A DNA stretch of 64,000 bases. It comes from Yuukianura sp. NJ FZ-2021 (lineage: Eukaryota). Below the pieces are notes generated by a model that saw nothing but the letters and a program-made list of their open reading frames with translations, searched no databases and was not told the origin of the DNA. Positions 11,395 through 24,331 of this stretch are shown here, piece by piece (within the stretch, counting starts at the first letter, position 1; each line of letters opens with the position of its first letter). Both the position numbers and the translations under genes were made by a program. The stretch spans positions 14,260,001 to 14,324,000 of the forward strand of contig CM102285.1 of NCBI GenBank assembly GCA_046563655.1, written 5' to 3'.

Positions 11395-14300
11395 ATGAAA
11401 AAAGTAAAGTTCCAGGAGAAAGTTCTCAAACTTTCTCCAGTGGCGTCCGCCTCGATACTTTTCATCTCAGCTCTCCTCCTCACAAAATCAAGGTAAACTT
11501 TCAAAAAATTTAAAATCTGAAAAATTATTTGTCAAAAAGTTGAAAATTTTGGAAATTTTCTCAATGAAACGCTCCACGCTTTCCACCCAATCAGAGGAGG
11601 AAAACAGGTCAATTGACAGAAACAGAGAAAGTTTTTTCTCCAAATTTTTCTTTGTTAAACCTCGTTCTCTTTTTCGCATTAAAAGTTATTTTTTCTTTTC
11701 ATTTCTCTTCAGTTTAATATTCAAGTTTTGGTAAGTTTTTTCCCTCAAAGTTTGTTTCTTTTTCAAAATTTAGTAATTTTCTTGTTGAAACTCAAAGTTC
11801 ATGTCAAGCTTTTTTTTTGTGTGTAAAACCTGAAACGTAATTTTTGGAGTCAGTGATTCTTAATTTCTATTGACGAAAGTCGTGTCTCTTCCGGATTTCC
11901 TGTCCCCTCCTTAGAACAATGTCAAAATTTATTCACTCTTGTGACACAAAGCTCTTTTTTTTTGAAAAGACAAACAAAACTCACACAAACCTATAGTCCT
12001 TCAGTCTATTGTTTGTTCACTGAACAAGAATGTGTAGGATTGAAAGGATTTTGCAAATATTTGCCACTTATTCAGTCTCTTCCCTTTGCTTTTCCAGTTC
12101 TGGCTACGACAATTCCCTCCGCAGAAGAACAATTTCAGACCAGCACAGGGAAGCCTCCAGGCAGCGATTTCTTCGTACAGAGCTGAATTTACTCCATATT
12201 CCAAAAAACGGTGGCGGGAGACACGAAAACGGCGGAGCGCGATTCCATGACAGTAGTGCCGTGAATCAAATTCGGAGTTTAGATTCCGCGCTAACGGCGC
12301 GTTGGGACGCGTCGACTTCAATTTGCCAGAGAATCCCGGGTTTAACAAGGGAGCAGCTTGAACTTTGTCTGAGAAGTCCGGACGTGGCCGAAGTGGCTGT
12401 GACTGGAATTGAGCTGGGCCTGAAGGAATGTGGCCATCAAATGGCCAAACATCGCTGGAACTGCTCGTCACTCCAAGGTTCACTCAATCCACATGCTACG
12501 CACCTTCTCCAAAAAGGTAATTACGAATTACTCAAGTAATTACTTGTAATTAACCAAGTAATTACGAATTAATGAAGTAATTAACTGTAATTACAGCGAA
12601 AATTAACTTTAATTAGTCAATTTTAAAAATTTAGGCGCCAAAATTGCCATTTTGAAGCCCACAATTATGCAATTTTTGAAAAGCTGACCAACTTTCTCTT
12701 TTTTGGTGAAAGGTCAAACCTTAGAGGTCATTGACCTCGAAATATTTTTTTTTCTTTTGCACTCAGTTTGAATCGATCGTGTAACTTCTGAAGGTGTTGA
12801 AAAGTTGGGAGAAAGGGGAAAGCAGACGCTGAAGCTTAATTTTTTTTTTTGAAAATTCAATTTGAGCTGAGCGGGATTCGAACCGAAGGCGCTGCTGGAA
12901 AGATCAAAGAGATGCAAATCTCTCATCATCTCCCTCCTTTTCCCGCTCCACTTTCATCATTTTCTGTTTGAATTCAAAATGAAAAGGCAGTACACTTTCA
13001 TTTTGCCGCGTACTTTTTTGAAAAGATGATGAAAAGATCAAAAGTTGGATCGAAGTCCCGTTTCTAAGCAACCAGTTTCTGATGAATGGATTTTTATTTT
13101 TAAACTCCCTTGTTCTTTTCAAAATTTTGAAAAACATGGATATTGCTCAACGTTTTGTTGAGGTAGAATTCGAAGTGGTGGTCCAAGGTGACCTCCCCGA
13201 GCGGATCCAATTGGAGGTGACCGAGTAGAGACCTTAAAGGGCTCCCAGGGGGCCCTTTGCTTCGTTATGGGGGCCCTTTGGTGCGTTCCATTCATCTCCT
13301 TCGCTGATGTGTCTAATTGAGTTCAAAATGTCTTCATTTGGGACACTGAAATGAATAGCACGGAGACAATGACGGAAGGACATGAATCTTTTCCTAGTTT
13401 TCAAAAATTTTTGAAAAAGTGTCCTTAAGGGCCCTCTGTCCCTTGGAAGGAAAGTGAGAGATGAAGACAGAGTAGAAAAGGAAATGGGCCCTTCCTTCCA
13501 GAAAAAGGCCCCTCCTACCCTGTCAATCTTCGTTTTGAATCTTTACACTCAAAATTTTCGTTTTTGAAAATATATTTTTCAAAATAATGTTTTCATAATT
13601 TATTTTCGCTTTTTTTTGGACTAGATTAAAATCAGGTTCACTTTGATCGCTCAACTATAAAAAATTTGATTAAAATCTCATTTTTTTCGTCTTTGAAAAA
13701 AATGCTTTGTATATTTTCCATTTTATGATTTGGGCCAGGGGGCCCTTAGCGCTGGCGGGAAAACGATTTGAATAAGACATAGTTTGTATAACGTAATTTT
13801 CATTTCCAAATTTCAATTTTCATTTTTCAATTTTGAAAGTTGGGAAATTTTCTTTTCAAAATGGTTGCGTGTCCAATTGATTTTGGAAATTGGTCGAAGG
13901 AGTTTTCCCTTTGAATAGTTTCCATTTACACAACATTGGTTCCAGACCGCTTGAAGCCTTTTGTGCTTTGTTGTTTGAATTTTTGTGAAATTCTAAAAAT
14001 AGAATTTGAAATCTGTGTGGAATGCCGTCTCTCACCTTGACTCTTGCTTAATTGTTGCTCTGGATTCATTCGTGTGTGGCAACCAATCAAGTAAGCGGTG
14101 GGCGGTTCCCACCCGGGCTTATTTCCTAATGGAACATTTTAAAAAACGGCGCTTTTTAAAAAAGAACTTTTTAGAACAAGTTGAATGAAGACCTAATTTT
14201 GAAAAAGAGTGCGGTGAGATACTAGAGTTTGTGGGTTAAGTCATTTTGTGGCTCTGATTAAGCCTCCACCGCACCCGCCCATCAATTATCCCACCACGGA

Positions 14301-17300
14301 AGACCCGCCTACGCAATTAGATGGAGATTGAATTTGATGAAGATGACGAGCAGACCTAGAGCCACCAAAATGAAACGAAACCCACCACGCCCACCATGCC
14401 CCACCATCAAATGCTCCCACGTCAATTTGACTAAAAAAAAATTTGAACCCACGTTAATCTAAAGAAACCGCCAGAAACCATTTAAAAAAAAGTGTTGACC
14501 GTTTTGCTGTTGACCTTTTTGCGTAAACTGCACACATTTTACGCCAGAGGCACAATTCTGTGAATGAACTTTTTCCAGTTTGGAAATTTCAGTGACAAAA
14601 TTTCATAAAAATGTCAGATGCCTTCGAAATTCGAAATTCGGAAATTCAAAATTCAGTTTTTTGAAAAAGTTGAATTCAAAATTTTGATTGACCTTGTTAC
14701 AGGTTACCGTGAATCGGCATTTGGGCATGCGATTGCAGCAGCAGGCGTGACTTTTGCAGTGGCCAAAGCCTGCAGTCAAGGCAAATTGCTGTCTTGCGGT
14801 TGTGGTTTTCAGTATGACGACATGAAAAACTACTACTCAACACAAGATGACGGTGGACAGTTACCTCTGAGGTAAGTCACGAACTAAAGGTCATTGACCT
14901 TCTGACCTTTGTTGACCTTTTGACCTGTTACAGCCAAGATGACCTGTTAGGAGGTCACGGGTCAGCCTGGAAGTGGGCCGGATGCAGCCACAACATGGAC
15001 TATGGAATGCGATTTGCCAAAAAGTTTTTGGATTCGCGCGAAAAGTCGACCGATTTACCCTCGAAGATTAATCTACACAACAACCGTGTCGGAAGATTGG
15101 TAAGCCTGGTTCAAAATTTTAAAATTTTGAACTTTTTTTTCTTTGAAATTTTGAACTTGATGTTAGGTTATAAGGTGTATTGTGTTTGTGGGCCACCGCG
15201 GTAGTTTCAATTTCCATTGTTCCTTGTATGCCTTTGGACAGTTAGCGTCGAGGTGTGAAATGAGATTCCCATTGTTCTGTGAAAGTCTTTTGTTTGTTGG
15301 GTGTCTCACCATAAATATTTATGAAGGGCCTAATGAAACGGAGAGCCCTTGGCCAATCAAGGGCCCTCCTAGGACCCCTTGGCCAATCAAGTCAAGGGCC
15401 CCCTTCCAGAACACTTAAGAGTACCTACCACAGTCTCAAGACTGACACTGACACAAAGGTGCTTAATAACATGATCATCTTACTCTAATTACATGGAAGT
15501 GTTATGGGCCATCCCACACAATGGAACTATTAAATTCATCCAAAAGTTGCAAAATTCACTTGCAGATTTTCCAACTAGAAAAAAATTCGCGAGTTTCACT
15601 TTGGCGAATTTCTCATTCAGTTTCAGGTACAACACGACTCACGACTAATTCCTTTGTGTCTGGTGTCTTCCTCATCTGCGAACAAAAAAAAATCCAAATT
15701 ACAATTTTTTTTCTCGATTTTGCAAAGCGTGAGCAATTCCGTGTCTCACGCTAAATTGAATTGTTCAACTTTTTTTTTGAAAAAAGAAGTCTCTTTCTTC
15801 TCTTGTTTTGTCACTTCAATCGTGTTGAAATTTGGACAAAAAAAGTTAATTGATTTGTTAATTGGAAATTGGCTGTCAATAGAATTTGAAAAAAAGAGAC
15901 TTTTTATTCACACTTTCAATCACGATTTTTTCAAAGTCACAAATTGTGACTCACAATTGACTGTGTTTTTCCTTTGAATAAATTCAAGTTTATGACCAAT
16001 TCAAACTCAAACTGAATTCATAAAAAAATTACTTTTTTGAAAGTTTTGAGCGTGAGAATTTATAACGATTGGAAAACGCAATTTCAACTTCGTAAAATTT
16101 GCAATTTCTGCACAAAAGTCACCAAAAAAAAATGTTGGATGGAATTTAGTCGCAACAAAAAAAAAACGTTTAAGAAATTTTGTTTAGAAAATCGTTTGTA
16201 CCGGAACTTTTTTTTTGAAAAAGGGAGGTAGGTATTTAGTTAATTGCACGTTTGAATTGAATTTTGAGAGCGTGTTTTTGAAATTTGTTTTCGGCTTGTG
16301 GAGTCCCTTAAGTCCCCTCCCCTTCACTTCCCTTTGTGTTTTTATGTTCAGAAGAGGAAGAAAATGGATTGTTTTGTTCATAAAAGTGATTGAAATTGAC
16401 TTGAGTAAGTTTATTACTTGGAAGATGAAGATGTTTAAGGTTTTTATGGAGTTGAGGTAATTGGATGTTTAGGTTTTACATGTTGAGGTAATGCCTTTTC
16501 CTTCTCACCTGTCGTGCCATTAGAAGTAAACGTACCCTGTACTTACACTTCCTTTATGAAGTCATCTTCCCTTCAATTTCATCTTCCAAAAAGAGAGGGA
16601 GAGAAGTAATTTTTCAAATTAATGGGCAACACGGTCATGATTGCGGGGCGAGTTTTTGAAACGACTTTTTGTTCTTGTTTCCGGAACGGCTTCCAGACAG
16701 ACACCACCACCAAAAATTTAAGAAACACCGCCACCGTGGGTGGGGCCGTGGGTAACACCGTGGGTGATCCACTTCTTAAATTCTCACCTACAAATTAAAA
16801 TCAAACACCTCACTTCAAAAAAACACCCGACAGAAAAAAAAACATCCGACACGAACAGGATTTTCAAAAATTGAAATTTTTCATGAAAATGAACAGGTTA
16901 TTTTTTTTTTCAAGAATTGGTAATTTCAAAACTGATATACTGCGCAGTTTGTGCGCACTTTATGCGCAGTTTATGCGCAATTTGTGCGCAGTTAATGCGC
17001 AGTTTGTGCGCAGTTAATGCGCAGTTTGTGCGCAGTTTATGCGCAGTTTGTGCGCAGTTTGTGCGCAGCGCAGTTTGTGCGCACTTTAAATTCACTCCAA
17101 AATTGAATTGGATTTTTACAATTTTATGAAAAACGAGACTTAATTCTTTTTTTTTTTTTTGAAATTTTAGGCCGTGGCTTCTAATATGGAAGTTCGGTGC
17201 AAATGTCACGGTTTGTCCGGCAGTTGTGAGCTGCGTACTTGTTGGCGTTCGTCAGCCGAGTTCCGCCGAGTCGGAACCGAACTGAAGAACAAATTCCGGC

Positions 17301-17701
17301 AGGCAGTGATGATCGACCAAACGGAATTCGGGAACAGGCCGCTTCTGGGCGGGAATCGGAGACAACATGACCTTGAAAAGAGAATGAGCAGGTCACAACA
17401 GCGTAGAAAACGACGTGGATCGAAAGAAGAGACAAAGAAGTTGGACTTGTGGTACTACGAGAGGTCACCGCAGTACTGTGAAGCCAATACTCAGTTTGGA
17501 TTCCCGGGAACTTCTGGGCGGAGGTGCAACCGTACAGATGATAGACGTGACCCTGGCAGTTGTGCCACTCTGTGTTGTGGTCGAGGCTACTCTGTCATAA
17601 GACAAGTGACGACGACGAGGTGCAAATGTCTGTTTCGATGGTGCTGCGAGGTCATCTGTCAAAACTGTACCGTTGACGAATGGATCACGGTGTGCAAGTG
17701 A
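11395..17701 (+). CDS. Wnt10: Wnt ligand, Wnt10 subfamily; exons ~11395-11492, 12098-12516, 14703-14871, 14934-15099, 17171-17701
   Basis: [58 protein letters not shown]-terminal EWITVCK typical of Wnt10; exon 1 is a hydrophobic leader whose phase matches exon 2. Confidence 0.92.
16940..17085. repeat. ~11-bp minisatellite (TGCGCAGTTTR-like) in Wnt10 last intron
   Basis: About 13 consecutive TGCGCA-containing units. Confidence 0.9.
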
Positions 17702-18244
17702 AAGTAAAACCGTGGTCAGCACGGTCAACCGCTGTCACGGTCAACCGTTGTCATGGTAAACCGTTGTCACGGTCAAGGTCATCCCACCGCTGCGCATGCC
17801 CATCTGATCTCAACTTTTTAAATCCTCCCATGTTACTAAAATTGTTCAAAAGAGTTAAAAATATTCAAGATTTAACACTTTTCAGTAATCATGTACAAAA
17901 ATAGTATTAATTTAGGTTAGACTCTTAATTATCCTGGTGCATGTTAAGTTAATTAATTTAAGTTAAGTTAATTAACTTGTTAATTAATTAAGTAATTAGT
18001 TTAATCAATTAAGAATTAACCAAGACTGAATTTAAAATTAATGTCAAAGGTCAAACCTTCGTGGCGAGCTATGAACTTTTGGCATGACACTTTTCCGTGT
18101 TTTGTTACGGTTTTATTTTCCAATGGCAGCAAAGTTACACTCTGCACGTCAAAATTTCAAAATTCTGTAACACATTACATAAAACTTTTTAAATTCAAAA
18201 TTTGAACATTTAAATTTAAAATTTCAAAATTTTGAAATGAAAGT

Positions 18245-19511
18245 ATGAATTGCTGCTGGGACACTTCAAACGACTGCTGTCGTCCGTCCAGACTTGCTGA
18301 ATTTGTGAACGGGAAAGGCAGTGTAGAGAAGTGGAAGGAAGAATACTGCCGACGACAAGCAGCTTGTTGTGCCCAGGCGACATGCTGTGACACGTCGCCT
18401 GAACGAGTCATCAATGTGTACATGCCCATTCGTTGTCCACGACCTTGTACACCGTGTCCCAGAAATCGACTAGGGAGCATTGACATTCTGGAAGAAATGA
18501 TGCCACCAGTCAGAAACTGCTGCGTGACCTCTGACCCCTGTCGTTGTGAACCCTGCTGTGACCCATGTTGTGACCCATGCTGTAACCCATGCAAGGTCAC
18601 CAGAAGACATAGAATTACACTTCAAGAGCCATGCTGTCCACAACAAGTTTGTGCCCCGAGGTGGCCCAATCTTCCACTTCCAAAGAAAGTTCCAGGGTAA
18701 GCGCCAAAAACTTTTTGGAATTTTTGAAATTAGGAATTTTTGATTTTTGAAGTTATGAATTTTTGATTTTTGAAATTTTGATTACAGTTGCAATCTCAAT
18801 CCATGTCCACCTTGTCGGCCGGATCCCTGTGCTCCAGAAGAAGATACGGATGAAGAAGAGGGCAGCGGCATAGGAAACATGGAGTCTGGAACTTATTTCT
18901 GGAACGAAAAAACTGGAAAATTTGAACCCTGTGCCCCGCCCCCTAAACCCCCAAAACCCCAGATCACAATTATCAAGGCCCCACCGCAGTGCCCACCCCC
19001 TTGCCCCCCACCCCCTCAGCAGATCCCCGTCCCTTGGCCAATTCCAATGCCTCAGTATGGTGGTGGCTACGGATGTCCACCGTGTCCCTGGAACCCTTGT
19101 CAGCCTTTTGGGGGGCCCTTTGGAGGAATGGGCATGATGCCACCGGGTTGTGGAGCTGGAGGGTCCCAAAACAATATTCCAACGATGTGCTGTCCTCCGC
19201 TGGACAGCATTTACAGAAGGCGACATAAAGACAGACGTCGCCGGCGACGTCGAGATCGGGATCGGTCGGGTGACGACAGAAGAGATCGGAATGGGTCGGA
19301 TGATGAGGAAACTGGAGAAAAGGAGAGTGGGAGCAGTAGTAATAGCAAGGAAGGTTCAAAGGACGGCAGCGGCAGTTCAGGTTCTACACCGGAAGTAGTG
19401 ATCGCGGGCGAGTCAAAAGCTCCTGAAGAAGAAGAGGAAGAAGAAGATGAGGATGCAGAATGGAAAAACTATTTTCTTCAAACAGGACAGATATTGAAAC
19501 CGAATCGTTAA
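18245..19511 (+). CDS. Cys/Pro-rich uncharacterised protein (~391 aa); exons 18245-18696, 18788-19511
   Basis: Two ORFs joined in frame by a phase-2 GTAAGC..ACAG intron; CCxPC repeats, Pro-rich middle, Arg-rich then acidic tail. Confidence 0.75.
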
Positions 19512-19539
19512 ATATTTTTAATCAAAAACCTCAAAATAT

Positions 19540-19900
19540 TTTACTTATTTAACATTAAAAGGGCATGGGAAAATCAATAAATATTTAGTAATAAAAAAAA
19601 AACCCAAAATATTGATTTCGCTAACATTGAAAATATTGGTTTCGTTAACATTACGGGCATGGAAGCTGAGTATTTTTTCCATGTGTAAGATCAGGGTTGT
19701 CAAAAATATGTAGTAAAAAGGCCCAAAAATATTGGCAAAAATTGTTGTTTTTGAAAAATTCCCAAAAAATTTACTTATTTATTAGGAACATGGGCAAATA
19801 AATAAATATTTAACTAACAGATAATCCCGAAATATTTTTTACTACCATTACGGACATGGACCCATGTAGACTAAATATTTTTGACATGCCTGATAATGAT
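19540..19900. repeat. Degenerate AT-rich repeat (GGGCATGG...AAATATT units)
   Basis: Recurrent GGGCATGG/GGACATGG and AAATATT/AATAAATATTT blocks. Confidence 0.4.
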
Positions 19901-20070
19901 GACAAATGACATTGTGAAGGTCAAAGGTCACATTGAGCTAAACCGGGAAACATGTTACCGTATCTTTATTTCCCGCAAATTAGCGCCAGTTACGAAATTT
20001 CAAAAAATTCCATACGATTTATTCGGTCAAAGTAGTTAACTTGATAAATCCGGATTGATTGATAATTTGA

Positions 20071-20622
20071 TTAGTAAAAATACACTCCAAAAACGGTGCC
20101 AGTGACAAATAGAGTGTCCTGCAAGAAAATATTCAAGAGTTAAGAAGTGAGAGGTCAAAGGTCAATGAATTTTGACATTTATATGCTTACGGTGACGTAG
20201 GTGTAAGTTGCATAAGCATCAGTGGCATTGTCCCACTGCGTTTTGACTCCAGACAGAACTCCTCCTCCGACGTTTTCTCCAATGGTGACTAATGACATGA
20301 CCTTGTAGCGTGGGAATCTTAAAAGCTTGACCTTGTCATTGACCTGCGCAGACAAAAGTGATGTCCACTCCATAGCTTCGTCTGGAACATAACTTTTCCC
20401 TTTCATGAATTCCTGGATAGTCTCCTGCAGAATTAACTCTACCCGGGGAACACTGAACTTGTCCCGGAGAGAAGGTCGCATGGCAGACAACACGGATTGT
20501 CTCGTGTCATCTGCTGGACTGGCAGAGGATGACTGTCTGAATAGAGAGGCTCTGCGTTGAAGCTTGTCCGGGTCAAGGTGACCTTGACCTTTGTCCAAAA
20601 TTGACTTAGGATTGTCACTCAT
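20071..20622 (-). CDS. Tctex1-domain dynein light chain (TCTEX1D2/DYNLT2B-like); 2 exons
   Basis: RPSLRDKF, ILQE, FPRYKV..VTIGE..GGGV, WD..TD; final exon DTLFVTGTVFGVYFY*. Confidence 0.9.
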
Positions 20623-21293
20623 TCTGTCCAAACTTCAAAGCTCAAAGTTCACAAAACTGGCGGTTGTCAACCGTGTAGCTGCTTTGAAGAGAAAGCACAA
20701 CAAAGAATTCCTTGGTAAAAATCAATAGTTGATCGTTGAAAGTTAAAATTATATTAAAATTATAGTGAAAATTAAAATTAAAGAGATTGAAGGTTAAAAT
20801 AAGTGAAAATTAAAGTGAAAATTAAAATTAAAGAGGGTGAAAATTAAAATGAGTGAAAATTAAAGTGTGAAAGTGAAAATTAGCAAACAGAAAGAGAAAG
20901 TTGTTAAAGAAAGCAGGAGAAAGTGACGCTAAAAATTTGAAGAGAAAAAAAGCGCGGGAATTTCATAAATCCATAAGAAAAAACAAAACAAAACAAAAAA
21001 CATGTGTTTGTTTTGACATTTTAGACTGACAAACGGTTTGAGCGTTGACTTTATAGTGTTCATGTGTTCTACGTCTTTAATTTAATTGATTTGTGCAATT
21101 AGTTTATTTAATTTATGTAAGCATTGTTGAAATTGGAACGACAATGCCCTTGCAATGTACTAAAGGTAGGTGGATTGATCATTGGGTATTTGTTCAACGT
21201 TTTTCTTTATTTTTGTGACGTTTTGTTTTTGTTTAGTAATGCATGAATTCAATTGGTTTTTGTGTTTCTTGTGTGACGGATTTCTGGTTGTGA

Positions 21294-23810
21294 TTAGCGG
21301 TCACAGATCTGTGGAACTTTGACCTTGACAATGTCAGCTCCAGTATACGGATATGGAATGTCACGATACATTGGTGGCCATTTGAAGTCCTTGTCGGCTG
21401 GTTCAGGGCAAATTGGAGGCTGGCAAGGGGCTGTATCCTTTTTCTGGCACACTGGGACAAGGACCACTTGCGTTTCAGTATCGTCATCTTCTGTTTGACA
21501 TTCCTTTTTCTCTTTCGGATGATGCGTGGAGTGACCTCGGTAGAGTTCCAGCTTGGAACGTTCCAGTCTAGGGTAAAAAGTAGTTTTGCCATGTTCATTT
21601 ATCTCGTTTGCTGAACATTTAACTAAACTGAACTTACGTTTTCCAGAAGTCATTATAGCTGAGGCGGTACAAGGTGTCCGTATCTCGGAACGAACAGGGA
21701 TGCATGCATCGATATCCCTTGGAACTCGGCGGATCCATCACGGCTGCCTTCTTTCCTCCAGGAACGATGAATGAAGAACGATACAGAGAGTCTCCCTTGG
21801 GAACGTTCAGTTGACGACAAGTTGCCTCTTCCTCGGCTTCCATCATTTCACGGTTCCGGAAAATAAAGTCACGGTTGTAGGACGAACGATCATCAAATGG
21901 TCCACATGGACATCGCGCCTTCATAATTGAAGTAATAGAGGTCAACTTCAAATTCAAAATTCAAAATTTTTGCTAATTGGGTAACAAATTACTTGCAGAA
22001 ACGGTTTCAGTGGATTGCCATAAGGTGACACAAAACGTGGCAGACATTTGTCAGTAGTCGGTGGACACTTGTAGACATCCCACTTGATTCCATTTGGATT
22101 TCCAGCATTTCCAACTGACTCTCTGTACTGACATAAGTTGTAAGCCGGATATGATATTTTCATTGTCGTGTCATCTGTGAACAACAAACATCAGATATCG
22201 GAATGTGGACTTCGAAATCGGAACGTCGTCGTCGGAACGTCAATGTCATCGGAATCGGACTTACCGTTGAACGGAACCATCGTCTGGACGTATCCTACCG
22301 TTGGTCCGAACGACGGCCGACGTCCACATGTCGTTTTGGCGTAATAATCAGTTTTGTAAGTCGTTTCGTCACGAAACGGTGCACAAGGATCCGTTTGAAG
22401 GTTGTCTGTGTAACGATACTGTTGTGTTTTTACTACAGGCCATGGATCGTTGTCACGCATTTCAACTGGAGTCTTCTGATTGATTTCTGGATCATGACAA
22501 CTGTAACACAAGTTGTTCACGGTGCAAAATGGAATTGCTCCTGGAGCTCCTACTTCCGATGACTGAAGCTGCAGAAGTCACGAGGTCAACTTTAAGTTTC
22601 AGAACGATTTGCAGTTACTGAAGCGTCTTACCTTGTCCGGAATGCAATGCGGCCGATAAAAATGTTTGTAAGTTGTGCAACTCTCCAAGTTTGTATCCGG
22701 TTTTCGGTATTCGTCATTTGAAATCCAGTGGGGATAACACGGATCTTCTCCTTCTTTAGGACGATAGTCAACACGAGTCGTTGTGTCCTCTCGCATTGGA
22801 CAGCATTCACACAATCCAATATTCGGAATCATTTTGAACGGAACGCGTCGTTCAGCACATTTCCGTCCAAACTCAGCGCCAGTTGTTGTTTCATCGGTAA
22901 ATCTAGAAAGACAATAATAATCTCAAAGGTTTTTTCGTCATGTTGTAACAGTTTTTTGTTTTACTCTTTGCAGAATTGGCTGGTTGACCAGAGTCCGTTT
23001 TGCAAGAGCTCGGCTGGAGCCGGACCATTTGGAATCGGATCTTTCTTTGTAAATTCGCTTCGGGTTGTGGTGCATTCTTAAAATGTAAGGTAATTGGGTT
23101 GACAATTAATCAATTAACGATACTATTGGATTTTATATAGTTCAAAATGTGATCCATTCTTACGTTCCATAGGACATTCACAAGGATCCCAAGGTCGTTT
23201 CGGTATGACTTCTCGCGGCTCAAGTTGATGTGGAACGTAGAATTCGCGGTACGTAGTGCAAGTATCCAGAGGAGGACAAGTTTCCGGTTCTTTAGCGCAG
23301 TAGTAAATGTTGGTCGGCATTTCTGGAGGCGGTTCACAGCCGCGACAGGGAGGACGACAGCAGCAGTCGATCTGAAATGATCAATTGAAGATGAAAATTT
23401 AAGCATTTTCAACTGCTACAAGCACAAAATGCTGGCTGAGGTATGATGTTTCCACTTACGGCATAGTATGACTCTGGATATTTGTAGTGTCTCGAATAAC
23501 TTGTTTTGCCTTGTTCCAGGATTGGTGGATTACAAAGTATTGTTTTGCCACAGTCTTGAGGATCGATTGACGCACAAGTCCGCGGAACCGGAAGAGGTTT
23601 TGGACGATGCGGATTGTCTGACAGCTTCAGACAAGGGTCATACTGTAGTGCCGCGGATTCACAGCGCTGACCGCATAGAAGATGCTGGCGATCTCTGGCC
23701 AACTGTCGACGTTCATCGATTTTACAAGCTGGATCAAATGGACTTGGTGCACAAGCCTTAGGTTGACAGTCACTCAGAAGTCGTTCGGACAAGTACGGTT
23801 CAAAAGCCAT
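21294..23810 (-). CDS. SAXO/FAM154-like microtubule-stabilising protein, multi-exon, Cys-rich
   Basis: Repeated Mn-like motifs: TTYREFY, TTTRVDY, TTYKHFY, ETTYKTDY, DTTMKISY, DSLYRSSF, DTLYRLSY across consecutive minus-strand ORFs separated by short introns. Confidence 0.72.
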
Positions 23811-24010
23811 TGCAATGGTGACAGAGTTCCAGAAATTTCTGCTTCCAAAGACTAGAAGCTTGTTCGGATCTTTTCTTCAGGAATCCAAGTTGCGGTAAGC
23901 TAAAAAATTGGTATGAAAGGCTTGTTTGCTTGCTTTTGGGCCGGAATTTCAAAAAACTGGAAAATGGTTTGTTTAATTTCATTGTTACGTTGAATGGATT
24001 AGTGGTGGAA

Positions 24011-24023
24011 GTTGCTTAGCAAC
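24011..24023. promoter_or_regulatory. RFX X-box upstream of SAXO-like gene
   Basis: Palindromic GTTGCTTAGCAAC ~200 bp upstream of ATG 23810. Confidence 0.65.
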
Positions 24024-24331
24024 AAAATTCTAAAGTTAATTTCATTTTTTAGAAGTTCTTCATTCCAGGTTTTCTGAAATTTTGGATTTTTTGGATGTCT
24101 TTCTCTGGATACCTCGCATGATACACTTTTAAAAGCGCCAAACTCATGCATTCCGGGACCTTATTTCCAAATTGCAATGTTGCAACAGACATGTGAACAA
24201 CCGAATTTGTGGATTTATTTGGATCTTCGATTTTGATTTGGTAAGTAACGACGTTATGAAATTATTTAAAATTTTAATTTGATTAAGAGTTCAACTAAGT
24301 CAACAGGTTTGTGTTTCAGTCGTTTTGGTTG

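Noticed and set aside
12001..12483. 160-aa antisense ORF (and similar antisense ORFs over other exons)
   Set aside because: Shadow ORFs opposite well-supported coding exons
12865..12892. Isolated B-box (GGTTCGAATCCC, minus strand)
   Set aside because: No cloverleaf context; at most a SINE remnant
16910..17209. [15 protein letters not shown] ORFs
   Set aside because: Translation of the 11-bp intronic minisatellite
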